From the NCBI GenBank assembly GCA_030167865.1, contig JALAGF010000953.1:1-46050 (forward strand): 46,050 nt of DNA, given 5' to 3'. The notes below the pieces were generated by a model. The model did no database searches. It was given only the letters and a program-made list of their open reading frames with translations, and was not told the origin of the DNA. A program made the translations under genes and the position numbers. The first letter of the stretch is position 1, and every line of letters starts with the position of its first letter. Below are positions 9,754 through 22,946 of this stretch, piece by piece. The stretch comes from Craspedostauros australis (Eukaryota).

Positions 9754-10955
9754 GACGACAACAGCGACAACAGAAACAGCTGCTGACAAACCCGGCCATG
9801 GTGTCAGATTCGGCATCATCAAGCTCCTCAAGCTCTGCTGGCAGCTCTTCCGGACGCCCAAAGACACGCAACACCAGGCGCATCAGCAAGGCCGCTTGCG
9901 GCCGGCAATCCAAGCGTTCCTCCTCCACCCTCACGATCAAGGGGTACAAGAGACACTTCGCAAAGCACGATTACCATGACTACTCCAACCTCACAAGGGA
10001 GGACATCATGCTCACGAAGCCCAAGCCATCCCGCGGTGGGGTTCACACACCCTTCCCCCAGATGCTGCACAAGGTCCTGGAGGACGCCGACGCAAACGGT
10101 CACACCGACATCATCAGCTGGCAACCCCACGGACGAGCATTCCTGATCCGCGACAGCGACAGATTCGTGAGCGACGTGCTGCCGCTCTACTTCAAGCACT
10201 CCAAGATCGCCTCCTTCCAGCGCCAGCTCAGCCTCTACGGGTTCAGCCGGTTGACCCAGAACGGCAAGGACCGCGGAGCCTACTACCACGAGTACTTCCT
10301 CCAAGGCCGGGACTTCCTCTGCCCCAAGATTCAAAGAACGAGGGTGAAGGGGACCTGGATCCGCAAATCGTCTTCTCCAGACCTCGAACCCAACTTCTAC
10401 GTGATGGACGCCATGAGCGTAGTGCCCACCCGTCGTTCCAGCGCTCACCACGCGGACGAGTGTCCATCATCCAAACCGTTCGACTCAGAGAGCGCCAGGG
10501 TGAAGAGGTACCAGGACCTGCTCAGCATTGCGGCAGCCGCCGACAGAGGCGGCCATGGGGCCAAGCGCTGCGCCTCTGGCAACCTACTGCCCAACCCACT
10601 CACGGTTGCGCTGTCTTCCAATTCATCACAACCGCCCATCCACACCGTCACAATCCCATCAGCCCAGCGCAACCGGACGACAGATATCGCTCTCACCGAG
10701 CAGAAGATTCATTCCGATTCGCAATACCCCATGCACTGCAACAGCAACAACAACATCAGCAGCAGCAACTACCCGGTGACGCCATCCAGTGCACCGTTCA
10801 CGCCATCATTCCAACAATCAGCATTCTCTCTCGACACGTCAGACGCAATCCACCTTGCGCTGGACGATCTCGGTGACATGGGCAGCATTCTGTCCGATTT
10901 GGAGATGATGGAGGACTGCGGAGCAGGCGGAATCGACCACGTCTTTGCGGTATGA
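9690..10955 (+). CDS. Heat shock factor (HSF)-type transcription factor with N-terminal polyQ
   Basis: HSF DNA-binding domain PFPQMLHKVL..IISWQPHGRAFLI..YFKHSKIASFQRQLSLYGF, preceded by the HDYHD and RGGV motifs typical of diatom HSFs. The start is placed at the first plausible ATG (MSCQRTT). Confidence 0.92.
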
Positions 10956-11925
10956 TCATTTTCATGGGGGCGTGGATGAGGTGTGGTGTGCTCGTCGTCA
11001 GTGTCACGTATTAGCTTGTAGGCAGAGAGCAGGATGACAACTTACAAACCAATTGTACCATACAAATAACATAGTGCACATTGCATACTACAGGTGGTGG
11101 TGTTGGCAGTGATGGTGGTGTATCTGTTGTCTCCGAAGAGGTGTATTCATAGCGCCGTGCGGTGTGTCGCGTGATGTGGTGGGGCAATTGCATTCCATCT
11201 TTTCTTTGCCTCGGGACGCTTTCTCTTTCGCCAAACCCGTGCGCGGTCGGTGACATCTTCGTTCCTGATGCATTTGCACTTCGCGGATGCGACAAACAGT
11301 TCCGCTGCCATCGACGTGACCTCCACTTGGAAGAACATCAGCTAATCTGTGAAGGTGTCCATGGTACCGTGCAGGCTTTGATACAAGGTGCTCCACGCGT
11401 CCTCACCAGGTTCGGAACATCCAGGAGCAACCGTCATGTTGCAGTTGTGAAGGCGTGCGATCTTTTTTCCACAACAGCGAAGTCACCAACAATCCATCAT
11501 GGCGAATTCCATCCAGCCCCCACGAGCCATTTCGACGACATAGTTGTACGTGTACTGCATCGTTCAATGGATGGTGGGTCGAAGCACATCCACGAATGAA
11601 TAAATCCAAGCAAGACCAAGCGAGGGTCACGCATCGTATCAGCCTCAACTCGACTCAACTTGGGGCTCGGGGAGGGATCGGGATGAGGTCACAGGTGGGC
11701 ATACCTATGCTTGTGGTGCATGTCTGCACAGAGCTGCCCCAGCTCGTACTTGTATCACACGGGTACCTATCATGGCCTCTCTCTCTCTCTCTCTGAACCA
11801 ATCAACAACAACCACCAACCACCAGCCATCGCAACCATTGCTATCATCGCAACAACTCCGAGCGAAGGTGATTGTGTTGGCGGCTTCTGGAATGATTCGT
11901 GCCAATTCTTCCCATCATGTGAAGG

Positions 11926-12816
11926 CTACGACTTCTTGGTAGCGAATTTGCCGAACGCTCCACGTCCGGTGAGCTGGATGTCTGCAAACGCGGCGGGATC
12001 CTTCGCGGCATACGCGCCCTTGCCCACCAGATCGTTGGGCGACCGCGTTGCCGCGATACCATCGTCATCCCATCTTGCGCTGACGATGAAGTTTTCATTC
12101 CTCCACCAGAACTTGTCCGGATCCATCTCGCGCGCGCTCTGCTGCGACGATGTGATGCCCTCCAACGTCAAATCATTGCCGGTGAGTTGGAATTGAAATG
12201 GAAACGGCGGGTTGATGAACTTGGCGGCCAGGACAGGCGGTGGCTTACCGCGCGTGCCGCTCAGGATTGCGGACGGCACATTGTCAGGTCGGTCTGGTCG
12301 GCATGTCACGTACAACGCAGGCATCGATGACGCTGACAATGCTTGAACCGCAGCAGATGTCTCGGCGTTGGGGATCGTGACGGTGCCGCTCACAAACACC
12401 TGCTGCGCCAGCTGCCGGTATGCTCCAGGCGCGTCTGCCGCTGCCGCTGCCTCGTCCTCGGCTTTTGCCGCAGATGGGCGAAGCCCAACCAAGATGGATG
12501 GCAATAGCATCGACGTTGCCGAAATTCCTCCCATCCCATTGATCATGAAGTTCCTTCGGTTGTTGACAACGTCATGGTGAGTTGTCTTGTCTGGCGTTGC
12601 AGACTCGTTAACACCATCTTCACCCAAGGCGTTACGATCGCACCTGTCATCGCACTTGCGATGCATTCGGTCCCCACGTGAACGACTGCGTTCGGCACGA
12701 ATGCTGCCCTTGTTGGAAAAATCGCTCGCGAAGCCGACGACATCTGTCACCAACAATACCAGCACCATCAAGACCAATGCCATCGCAGGCGGTATCGATG
12801 ATGGTCGCGGAAACAT
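11926..12816 (-). CDS. Predicted plastid/thylakoid-lumen protein; mature domain resembles the C-terminal Ig-like domain of CcmI/CycH
   Basis: Signal peptide ending VVG|FA (Phe at +1, ASAFAP-like), then a transit-like stretch and a twin-Arg signal NNRRNFM + hydrophobic core + AKA. The mature part reads VSGTVTI..ALYVTCRP..GKPPPVLAAKF..FPFQFQL..VSARWDDDG..NDLVG. Confidence 0.8.
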   Translation of the reverse strand: MFPRPSSIPPAMALVLMVLVLLVTDVVGFASDFSNKGSIRAERSRSRGDRMHRKCDDRCDRNALGEDGVNESATPDKTTHHDVVNNRRNFMINGMGGISATSMLLPSILVGLRPSAAKAEDEAAAAADAPGAYRQLAQQVFVSGTVTIPNAETSAAVQALSASSMPALYVTCRPDRPDNVPSAILSGTRGKPPPVLAAKFINPPFPFQFQLTGNDLTLEGITSSQQSAREMDPDKFWWRNENFIVSARWDDDGIAATRSPNDLVGKGAYAAKDPAAFADIQLTGRGAFGKFATKKS

Positions 12817-13440
12817 TATGGCGTGCAGAATGTTCGATCTTTCGGCTTCCTTTCTCCTCCTGTGCGTCACGAGAGAAGCAGATTGGGCAGATGGTGCCTT
12901 GTGCGTTTGCTGGTTTGTGTTTCGCTTGTGCTGTTGGTGCTGTTGGTTCTGTGGGGCTGTCTCCGGATCGGTCTCAAGAGCGAGGAGGGAGAATGACACG
13001 GCACATGTGGCGATTGTGCTGATACGTCCGAAGACACACGCACTCTCTCTCTCTCTCCATGGAGGAATCGACACAAGAAGAGAGGAGAGTCGAGATCTTC
13101 TTTGTCGGGCAATAGCGTACACAGCACAGACGGAAATGGTGCCTCGCAGAAACAGGAGCAGCTAGACTTCCGTGAAATTAGACAGCCCGCACCAGTGTTT
13201 GGTGCCAGGAATGGAGCGTGGTATTTTACGATACTTCGGACTCCACGACAATACATATACTATGGAATATAATGTTATATTATGCGTGTTTTGGTAGAGT
13301 ACTCTAATGGTTCTCAGAGCCATTCTTTGGACTATGCAATACTCAAGGCGTTCTTTCCAGTCTTCTCTTGTGATTTATTCAAATAAACCGTGTAAATACG
13401 GTTTACGCGATGCGTTCGACATACCTCCCCTCCGGCCGTT

Positions 13441-16400
13441 TCAAATGACTTGTCGTGTGTGTGTTGACGCTGTCGAGGTACCACGTTGCCCCGCTTCCCT
13501 GTCTCTCCTTGTTGCTTCTGCTGCCGCCGCTTCAGCGAGGACATCTCGTGCCAGTCCTTGCGTGATGTCCTCGCCCTTCAATTCCCATTCCTTGCGATTG
13601 GCCAAGGCGTAGTTCAGATACTCATCGCTCGATTTACCAAACACGCCACACTCCTTCAGCTTCTTCGCCAGAGGGATGATGTAAAAGTCGAAGAACCCGA
13701 TCTCGCCCTTGTACCACGTTTCGATGGGATCGCTTGGTGCCCTTCCGTCCTTGTAGGCGGCGTAACACTCCTTGAAATACCGCTCGTTCCACTTCCTGTA
13801 CACATGCCAGTGCTGCATGGTGTGCGCCACATCCGAGGCCTGGATCAGATGCTCGATCACGATCGTTGCCTTTCGGTTGGTGGCATCGGTCACGAGGTCC
13901 TGTTCTGGACGGTCGACGCTGCCGTCCCCCGAAGATACCTTGAATGCCTTGTCCCACCGACCATTGCGCAGCTGCTTCAGGTCCTTGTCGACGATGTCAG
14001 TCGCCATCACGGCGTTGATCACGAGCTTGCGGAAGCGATCGAGCTCGTCGAAGGATCCGCAGATGCAGGAACGCAGATCGGCGTATTCNTCCATCATGAA
14101 CATGTCCCANGCGAGCACCAGCGAGTTCTGCTCCGCCACGGATCGGTTGTGGTAGATCTTCGAGATCCGGGTATTCTCCTTCACCAGCTGGGCGTTGGGC
14201 ACACCTGCATGGTCCGCGTCGTGGATGAGCGCCGAGAATGCACATGCGAACTGCGTCAACGGATCGGATGAGATGCCGTAGGTGTGATCGTGCAGGGTCG
14301 CCGCGGCGCTTTGGGCAGCCTGCACGTCGGATGAGAATGCACGCGAAGACCGAGTGCCAGGCTTGCTGTTTTGGTGAGTCTCATTCGCCACCGATGCAGC
14401 GTCTTTCCGCATCTTGAACTCATCGGCCGTCGGAGCGACGATGCGGGATAGCAGCTTGATGACGGACATGGTCACGTGAGATGCATGTTCGAAGTTGTGG
14501 AAGGAGTTGCTCTCGTTGTACAGTTGCGCGATAGCTGTGATAAAGGACCGGAGCTGCTTGGTCACGGCAGCTGGAACTTCTACCGCCTCCCCGTCGAGCT
14601 CTTCGGTCGTCGCTTGCTCCACGTCTGGATGGAACGGAGGGAGGTAGATGATCTCCTGGACCTCGTTGAGGGGGAACTTCATGAAGTCAATCCCAGATTG
14701 CTCCTGCTGCTCTTGCCGCTGCCGCAGGTGGAACTCCAACATGTGATCGGATGTGGAAGCCTTCTTCGTTGGGATCTTTGTCATGTGTCGACGGTACACC
14801 ATGATGCGCTGCATCAGCGTTGTCATCATCTCGACATTCCAGTTGACCAACCGCATCGTCCGCTCACTCATGCCGCCATGCATTGCATCGGACGAGGCCC
14901 CACCCGTTCCTTTTGGACCGACCGAGTCAGACAGGCTGCCGTTTGTACCCACAGTGTCCGTGGCCACGTTGAGGCCATCGGGTCCCTGTTCTTGGATGCG
15001 CTTGATCCAAAATCTGTTGGGAGTAAACGTGAGCATAGGATGTGTGAAGTATCGTAGAAGAGTCGGAAAAGCAGAGAAGACGTTTGGATCGATACAATGT
15101 GTGAGAGTGCATGCGTAGCAGAAGCATTCTGGCAGGCGTAGTATGAGAAGACCATTGACGTCCGCCCTCTCCATCACCACACGAGTCAGCAAGGCATGGC
15201 GCGGCACATGACAGCACAGTACAACGCAACACAGCACATCGGCGTCAAATACGCCATACGAGTACGTACGTTTGCATTTCCCCTTTGCCTTTGGCATGCA
15301 CCAGCCCATCCCTCTTGGTAACCCAATGTCCCTTATCGCAAACAGTGAGACAGTCTGCTGTTTCTGCCGAAATGTGGATGCGGCCGATCTGGCCGGTACT
15401 CTCCATGCGCGAGGCGGTGTTCATCGTGTCTCCAAACAGCTGGAATCGAGCTCGCTCGCCGCGCAGCACGCCAGCTGTCACCGGGCCCGAATGGATGCCA
15501 ATGCGCAACGAGAGCTCGGCAGTGTCTGGCCCGTGAGAGATCTCCAAGTCCTTGGTCATGGCATCCATCCTGCGGAGGATGTCGTGTGCGAAGCGGATCA
15601 TGACCACGGCGTGGTCCTTCTTGTATTCGGGGATCCCAGTCGCTGCGACGTAGCAATCGGCTACAGTTTCAACCTTGAACACCCTGCGGGCCTTTGCTAG
15701 CCGGTCGAAGGACGAGAAGATGGCCTCCAGGAACGTGAATACCTGCGATGGCTCTCGGATGGAACTCCAGGCCGTGAAGCCTGCAATGTCGGCGAACATG
15801 ATGCTCGTCTCCAGGAACAGATCAGCGATCGGCTGCTTGTTCAGGTCACCGTCGTCCACGCGGCCTGCGAGGAAATTCTTCATGTCGGCGATGCGCTTTT
15901 CCACGTCGCCATGCCCAGTTGAGTCGTGTTGGATGATCCGGTCGCGGATGTTGGAGGGGATGAGACTTGAAACGAGAGCGTTGGACTGAGCTGCTCTGGC
16001 CACCAGCTTCTCGTTGCGGCGGTGCACGAACATGTCGTAGATGTAGAAGATGATCGCGACCATGAATATCACAGCTGATACAGCGCCGGCAAAGATCCTT
16101 GGAAGAGCATTGTAGAATTGGTCTTCGAATCTTCTGGAAGGGTAGGCGAACATTGTGTATTGACAATGGTTGGGAGTTGCTGCGAAGTCAGGGTGATTGC
16201 TGAGTGACAGATCGATAGTGAATTCATACTTGTTATACTTCGAATCGTGAAAGTCGCCTGTGCAAGTTGGGACAATGTTGAGGAGAGTAGAGCAGAGTAT
16301 TGGTGTACGCAGCAAGGTAGTCGGAATGGTGTGAGCGACAGTCAGCAGATGTGGATATGTTGACGTGCACACAAGTGCGAATCAGGATACGCAGAGTGGT

Positions 16401-18167
16401 GCAATTTGTTCCTCTTCTGTGACAGCACGAACACGGATTGAGCAACCCCAAGCACAATCGCCAGGAATTGAGCTTGCAACAGTGCCAGCCAACCAATCTG
16501 CGCACACTCACCTTCTCCCTGATAAAGTGCGTCATGACCATCAATGATGTAGGTGAACGTTTGACCACAGGTATTCTTGATGACTGCAATGATTCCCTTC
16601 ATGTTGGTGGGAAGCAAGTTCCTGAGCGGCGCATCCAAGCTCACTGCGCCGCTCAGCAAACCAACAATCCTTGATGTCGGATCTGACGCATGCTGATGGA
16701 CAGGATGGAACACGAAGGAATGCGGATGGTCTGTCTTTGATGCACGGAGCCGGGAATGGTACTCAGCATGCTCTTCCTCGGTCATCACGATCTGTATTAG
16801 TCTACTGATGTCGAGTGCGCCAGTCATGATGGTCTGGTTACGAAGACGCAAGAGCGCGTTGACGATTCTATCTGGTCTGGTGGCCATGTCCCTGTTGATC
16901 AACCCGTATGTGAACGGCGGGGGGCCGAACTCCCAGGAAGGAAAACGTGAGCCAGGTCTATCAGGTGATAGGGTTGGATCGATGGAGTATACATCGGGGT
17001 TGTATCCCACCGGCTTCAGCCTATTCGTATTACCGTACCTCCCCACGTGCCAGTCCTCGACCATCTTTTCGTAGCGCTCACTTGCGTACTTCTCCCACTC
17101 CTCTTCTTCGTCGCCTGGCTCCACTCGATGGAAGGCCCCAATGAACTCCATCTGAGACATCTGTAGGAAGTTGTCAACGTGGGTCTGGAAGGATGGCATG
17201 GTGACGAAGGGCCAGGTCTGATTCGTTGATTCGACATAGATGGACATGGAGTCCGCAAGTGTTTTGCATGCCAGCTGCAAGCGTCCAACATGACCCAGTG
17301 CATTGTCCTCAAGTGATTGTGTGACGCTTCGGTACTATCGTAGGAGCATTCGGACAGCAAGGGTGTGTAAGGTAAGCATGGTGTCGAGTCGGATCAATTG
17401 GGTGTGAGAGCATTGCTCGCATAAAGATGGACGAAGTGACGAAGCGTAGGCAGTCATGCATGGTGAACGATCGTCGACAGAATATTGGTATGCTACGAGT
17501 AGAGCTAACCATAACACAAGAAGATGAAGATTCCCAGCCAGCTGAGCAACAGCTTCGCAGCCAACCGGTCAAGCAACGTTCTTGGTCAACACCGCGATGC
17601 TGGTCTGGTCGACTTGTATGGTACATCCAACCACACAGCCCCAAAGCCCTACAAGCCCCAAAGCCACGAAGACTCATAGTCGCAATCCCCAGCCGTACGA
17701 GCACAGCCGGTACTCACCGTGGCCTCCATGATCGAAGTTTGCTCATTGTCGAGCAGCTACGAGTATCGCCATGGTATGATACATTGAAAGAAGGGGAAGG
17801 ACAAGGGGAGAAGCAACAGTCGTGAGCAGAGTATCGTGTCCAATCACCCGCTCTGCGTCGCCGGAGTATTCTGCGGTAGTTCCACTCGCAACGTTGCGGC
17901 ACTAGAGAGCAGACCGAAGTGAGAGAAGCAACGTACCTTGTAGGTGGTGAGGCTGAGTGCCACCGCCGTGGCCAGCAGCGCCCCCGTGACAATCCAGCGC
18001 CAGCATCGGACGCTCCTCGTGTCGCGTCTGGCCACGTCGCGGATTTCCTGAACCTCGTCAACCTTGGGCTCATCGTAGGAGCTGTGGGCTGATGTCGCGT
18101 CCGAGTTGGCTACGTTGACGCTGCCATCCTCGATGGTGCCTGGTTTCCTGGAGTCTTCGTTCATCAT
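13441..18167 (-). CDS. Receptor-type class III nucleotide cyclase / cyclic-nucleotide phosphodiesterase fusion (GC/PDE), 5 exons
   Basis: Exons 18167-17937, 17756-17718, 17334-16512, 16257-15270 and 15013-13441, all with GT-AG introns, sum to 3654 nt in frame. Architecture is TM, extracellular sensor, TM, cyclase (MFADIAGFT, KVETVADCY, IGIHSGPV, RFQLFGDTMNTASRMES), then PDE (FHNFEHASHV, HDADHAGVPN, ATDI, IQASDVAH). Confidence 0.93.
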
Positions 18168-21100
18168 CGTCACCTCCCTGCTCTGACCGTACTTGTGCGA
18201 GTGCTTGTCGAGAGTTGTTGTGGTAGCGAAATGATTGATATTGTGGTTGAGATTGTGATTGTATTTGTGATTGTGTCAGTCCGCAACAGAGGACAGTAGA
18301 GCAAAGTAGAGTAGCTCGCAGCGCAGAGCACGCGGATCTGAATGTGTTGGGCATGAAATGCTTGTTCCGTACGATCTGCTCATGCAAACATCGTGAGAGA
18401 ACCAGACAAAAGAAAACAGAGAGCGCCGCCTTGCACGTTTGTTGACGCCAAGGAACAAGGCCTCCTTGAGTCGCAGAGAGAGATGACAGCACTTCGAGTG
18501 CGAGACCCGAGCCATTATGTTCTTTGGAGCGGCCTGGGAGAGTGAAATGCGTGAACGGCTCGGCCATTTGCCAGCGTCAGTGGCTGAACGGACCAGACGA
18601 CTTTTATCAAAGCACAGACACGAAGGGAAAGCGCAACGTACTCTTCGGTGTCATCTTCGTTTTCTCCAAACAAAGCCGGAATCCTCATGTTGCTGGCGCA
18701 ACCACCTTGGTTCCACGCGAAACTGTGATTCTTGTGCGCCTTCATTTGCCATCACGAACGGTTGTCGAGTGTGCGAGTACAAAGAGTACTTATGTCGTGG
18801 ATGCAAGCAACAACATAGCCTCCTTGTGAACGGGCTACTTGTTTTTCTCAAAGGCCGAACAGGATGACTATGATACTACTGCTCTTGGTTCCCAAGAAGG
18901 ACCAAGATGACACTTGGTGTTCCACGGACGCGTCGAATGTGGTCCGGTGAGAAGCTGGAGCGTCTTGCCAAGCCGCCCAAAGAGTTTCACGACACAATGG
19001 AACGATACTTCCGCCACCTCGCCGCAGCGCGGGAGAATCCTGAAATGTCCTCCGAAGCACCCTGGCATCCCAAGGCCCCTCTAATAGGCCTTGCCAAGAA
19101 AACCTTGGAAGCAGATACGTTTGTCGTAGAGGACGCATGTGAGACATGAATACGACGTCCGCCAACAGAAACGAATAAGCCTAAAGGTTGCGGTAAATAT
19201 GGTTCAAGGTGGTTAATCCAGTTGAGATTGCGACCTCGCAGTGTGCGTAGACTGCATAGTAGAGTAGAGTGGAGTCGGGTGGAAGAGAGCTGCGGAGAGT
19301 ACACCACAATGTATGGTACGCACGGTCCTGAACTCATGTCGAACACAAGCGAGACCAACGCACCACGATACAGGCACACTCGTCGCTGGTAGAGTGGAGT
19401 TGGGTGCTCTGGGAGGCTTGTTTACACCACAGTACCAAATGCAGTGTTGATTCAGGAACAGGCCAAAGCACATCGAGTATAGCACATCGAGTGCAGCCAT
19501 CATAGGTTCAATGTGTGTGGGCGGCATCACCAATCGACCAATACTCTGCAAAGGTTGTTGTGCTGGCATTCTGCATGTGTACAACAGGTTGGGCGAAAGA
19601 GGGTGTGAAGGAAAGCGGCTTGGTATAATATAGTAGATCGCAACAGTTGGATCATTTCGGCTGGGGCTCAATACTCTCAGAGCCACAAGTGTACATGCTT
19701 GTACTACTACGGTTGTCCGTGGAGTACGCTGGTCGGTACTGTGCAGGCTGGCATGGGATGCAAGTTCTGCTTCCTCAGGGCATGTTCTCACGAACTACTC
19801 GCGCCAACAAAGATAGGAGATGCAAGACGCAGAACTCTTTCCAGAAACAGCAGAAGAGGGTAGAATGTTTGCGCGGAACATACAGGGGCGAACCGAGGCT
19901 CGATGCAAGACAAGCTGTTCCTGTTATCATCATCGTAGCGTATCATGATGATCATGATTGGGGAAGAGGACGACGCTTTGTGGGGAAAGGAAGTCGCATA
20001 ATGGAGGTGGTGGTCACTGGAGGAGCGAACGGCCCCCAGGGATATGGCAGAGCGGCGGTGAATGTATTCGAAACGAGGGCCATCCAAGAGAGATGTCAAT
20101 CATTGCATACTATAGTAGAGTACAGATACGCAAGTCTGCGCCACTCCACCTCCGCTTTTTTCTCTGTCTGATTGTCAGTTGATTGGCATCGATTGATACG
20201 CACTGTTCGGTTGGTTGGTGAAGGAGCGAGTTCGACTGCGGCTTCGAATACTCCTGGATTTGCACGACGCAGCCACCAACTGCCTCCAAGTCCCAAAAGA
20301 TACCGCCGAACACGAAACACATGTTCCATCACTCCGACTGCGATGATGCGGCTCACATCCAGCCCAAGACAAGTCATGATCGCTGCCGTGGATGCTGATT
20401 TTCTGTTTTCTGGCGTGTATTCGGAGGATGCCAGTTCACGAGGATGCATGGATGTACAAACATAATATTCTATTATATAATATAATAGTATGCCATGTGC
20501 ATGGCACGCACTGCACGAGTACATGCCAGGAAGGTGTGTATGACGTGATCGAACGCGAGGTTGTATCCCTCGGATTCGGCATGTTAGTCGTGGAATGGTC
20601 TGCAGTCACCGCCATGGCATCAACCGCCTCTCCGGCCACGCCAAGAACCTGTGACATCTTGCAAAGTCTCTCCTTGCGGCCTGCAATGATGTCACCTGCT
20701 GATGGAAAAACCAATGATGAATCTAATCTGTATCAACCATCGGACCCTTCCATGCGATGTGGTGGGGAAGGGGATGCCTTGTCACCTTCGATGGCGATTG
20801 CGGAGATTGCCCCTCCACTGCATGGTACCGATGGTGATGAACATCGTGCAGAGCCGACGAACATGCAACAATACCATGATACTCCCCTTGGACTCTGGTG
20901 GCGCTGGAAGTGTATTCGTACGTGTTGTTGACAATTTCGTTCCAACAAAGCGGGTGAACAGAGAGCGCCAAGGATTCGTCGTGATCTGCTGTTTTGATAG
21001 AGCATTTTCCGCAGGACTTATGGAATGCCATTCGTTTTGGAGACACGCAACACGCCACGCCAATGTGCCCCAACCAAAGAACAAAGGCACATGTAACGGT

Positions 21101-22349
21101 ATTTGCGGTATATCTCTTCATACCCATATTATGTATCGTCACACCATAACGTAAATCCAGTGGAATAGATCAGTTCAAAAGGTCCGGAAGAAAGTTGTTT
21201 GCCATGACTACTGGATGTCCCAACAGATACTTGTTGACAGTGATAATTGTTGTGATCGGGAAAATACAAAGTGGGGCATAAAACAATCGCATTGGTCCAC
21301 AATACCATCATGGGCGTTCTTTCGTTGATAATTGCAAGGTCCCAAAGCGATTGCCTCTTGTCGAATCAGAAAACGATGACACAACGCTGACAAACAAGAG
21401 TTGAAGTGAACCGATGTAACAAGATCCCCGAAACGGTGTCGTCTGGAAAGGACAAGGCACAAGAGTCCCGCACAACAGCGCCGTGACAGGAAATGGTGCA
21501 AGTTTGAAGAGGGCCAAGGAGACAGCACGCGCAGCACACGCCGAAACAGATGGAAAAGGAGGTGGTACAATTGGAATGCAGGAACGTACGAGTGATACAA
21601 ATTCCTGCCACCCAAACACTCCAAGAGCACACCATCGTTGTCGCGACAAACCGAGTTGTCCCCACAACCGACTACTCCGTCCAAACAATCAGGCAAACAC
21701 ATCCCACCATCACGACCGACTACAACACGGCTCTCTTGGTCCATCCATCGCAGTCCCCTGCATCCAATACAGTTGGGCACGCTGCATCTCTTGATCAGTA
21801 CGCGCCAGTATCGTTCAGGACTTCCGCATTCCGCACAAGGACTGCGAGCACGACACGAGGCGGATTGTTCCTGTACCGTTTGCATCAAAGCTGTACTATA
21901 CCCGCGACCACAGCAACAACAACCACAACCACAACAACAGCAACAACAACAACAACAGCAAGGACGTCGCATGATCTTGCGTGAGATCGCACAAACGGCA
22001 TCAACTTGGTACGCAGTGACGCTGTCTCCCGTGATAGCGCAACGAACACAGCTGGTGCGGTAGAACCCAGAGTGTTCGCATCTCTCTGCGCGCGCTTGCC
22101 TCCATCGCGCAGACACGAGAAGCCGTTGCCATTTCTCAGGCGTTGCTTCGGAAGTATCATCTCAATCACCAATCGCCACGCAGCTGCTGCCCATTCCTGC
22201 ACGCAGCACCATCGTTCGCGGACGCCGTCTCTGCATCGATTGACAAGGGAGCGTGCGCTGTTGAGTGCTTGATCCGATCTCTGGTCCGGCCATTGTTCAT
22301 GTCGGGTTGGGGTCTTGCGCAGTAGCTTGGGACAAATCACATCACCAAT

Positions 22350-22393
22350 TCAGGATCAGGTCAGGGTAAGATCAGGGTAAGATCAGGGTCAGA
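22350..22393. repeat. Short TCAGG/ATCAGGGTAAG tandem repeat about 550 bp upstream of the 1664-aa ORF
   Basis: Reads tcaggatcaggtcagggtaagatcagggtaagatcagggtcaga. Confidence 0.75.
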
Positions 22394-22946
22394 CTGAACC
22401 CAAAACAAAAGAGAGTCGTTGCAGCAAGACAAGTTGGGCCAAATCGAATCGAGGGTGGCCTCTGGGACAAGAAGACAAGAGAGAGAGAGAGAGAGCACCA
22501 ACACGCCAACAAGAAGCGCTTTGAGTCACTGTTTGGTCTGCAAGTACCAACACTCCATCTTTCTCTTCTACTACCTGCGAAAGAAAACCATCACGGGAGC
22601 GGCGCATTCTTCTCCGTCGATTCTCATCTCCCAAAACCGTGTTGAGCCATCTCCTTGAGTCCGCCCATCAGGAGTTCAGAACTGCGTGCGGTAATTGCTG
22701 ATCTCTTCTTTGGGTTCGTTGGCGCGATCGTCATCATCATCGCAGGCATCCATCGTCGGTGTTGCACGGTCGCGTGAAACGAATCCTGCATCACAAAACC
22801 GCCAGACGAGAGAGGTGCTCTCCTACAAGCGAGGCGCATAATCATCGTCGCCAAGGGGCAGTCCACAACACCACCACCACCACCATCAACAACAGCAGCA
22901 ACAACAGCAGCAACAACAACAGCAACAACAACAAGAAGAAGAAGAA

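Noticed and set aside
11088..11600. Coding-looking minus-strand fragments between the HSF and the lumen-protein gene
   Set aside because: They contain several stops and match no family I can recognise. A tBLASTx search would be needed.
18700..19149. CxxC-containing short ORF and an 80-aa ORF upstream of the GC/PDE gene, a possible transposase remnant
   Set aside because: Too short, with no catalytic motif or terminal repeats.
19200..22340. Numerous 60-300 aa ORFs, including the poly-Cys ORF at 21208-22116
   Set aside because: The poly-Cys/Gln/Thr runs come from a (CAA)n microsatellite near 21910-21960. There is no coherent gene model or domain.
22350..22393. Interstitial telomere repeat
   Set aside because: The units are TCAGGG within an 11-bp period, not tandem TTAGGG, and the array is too short.
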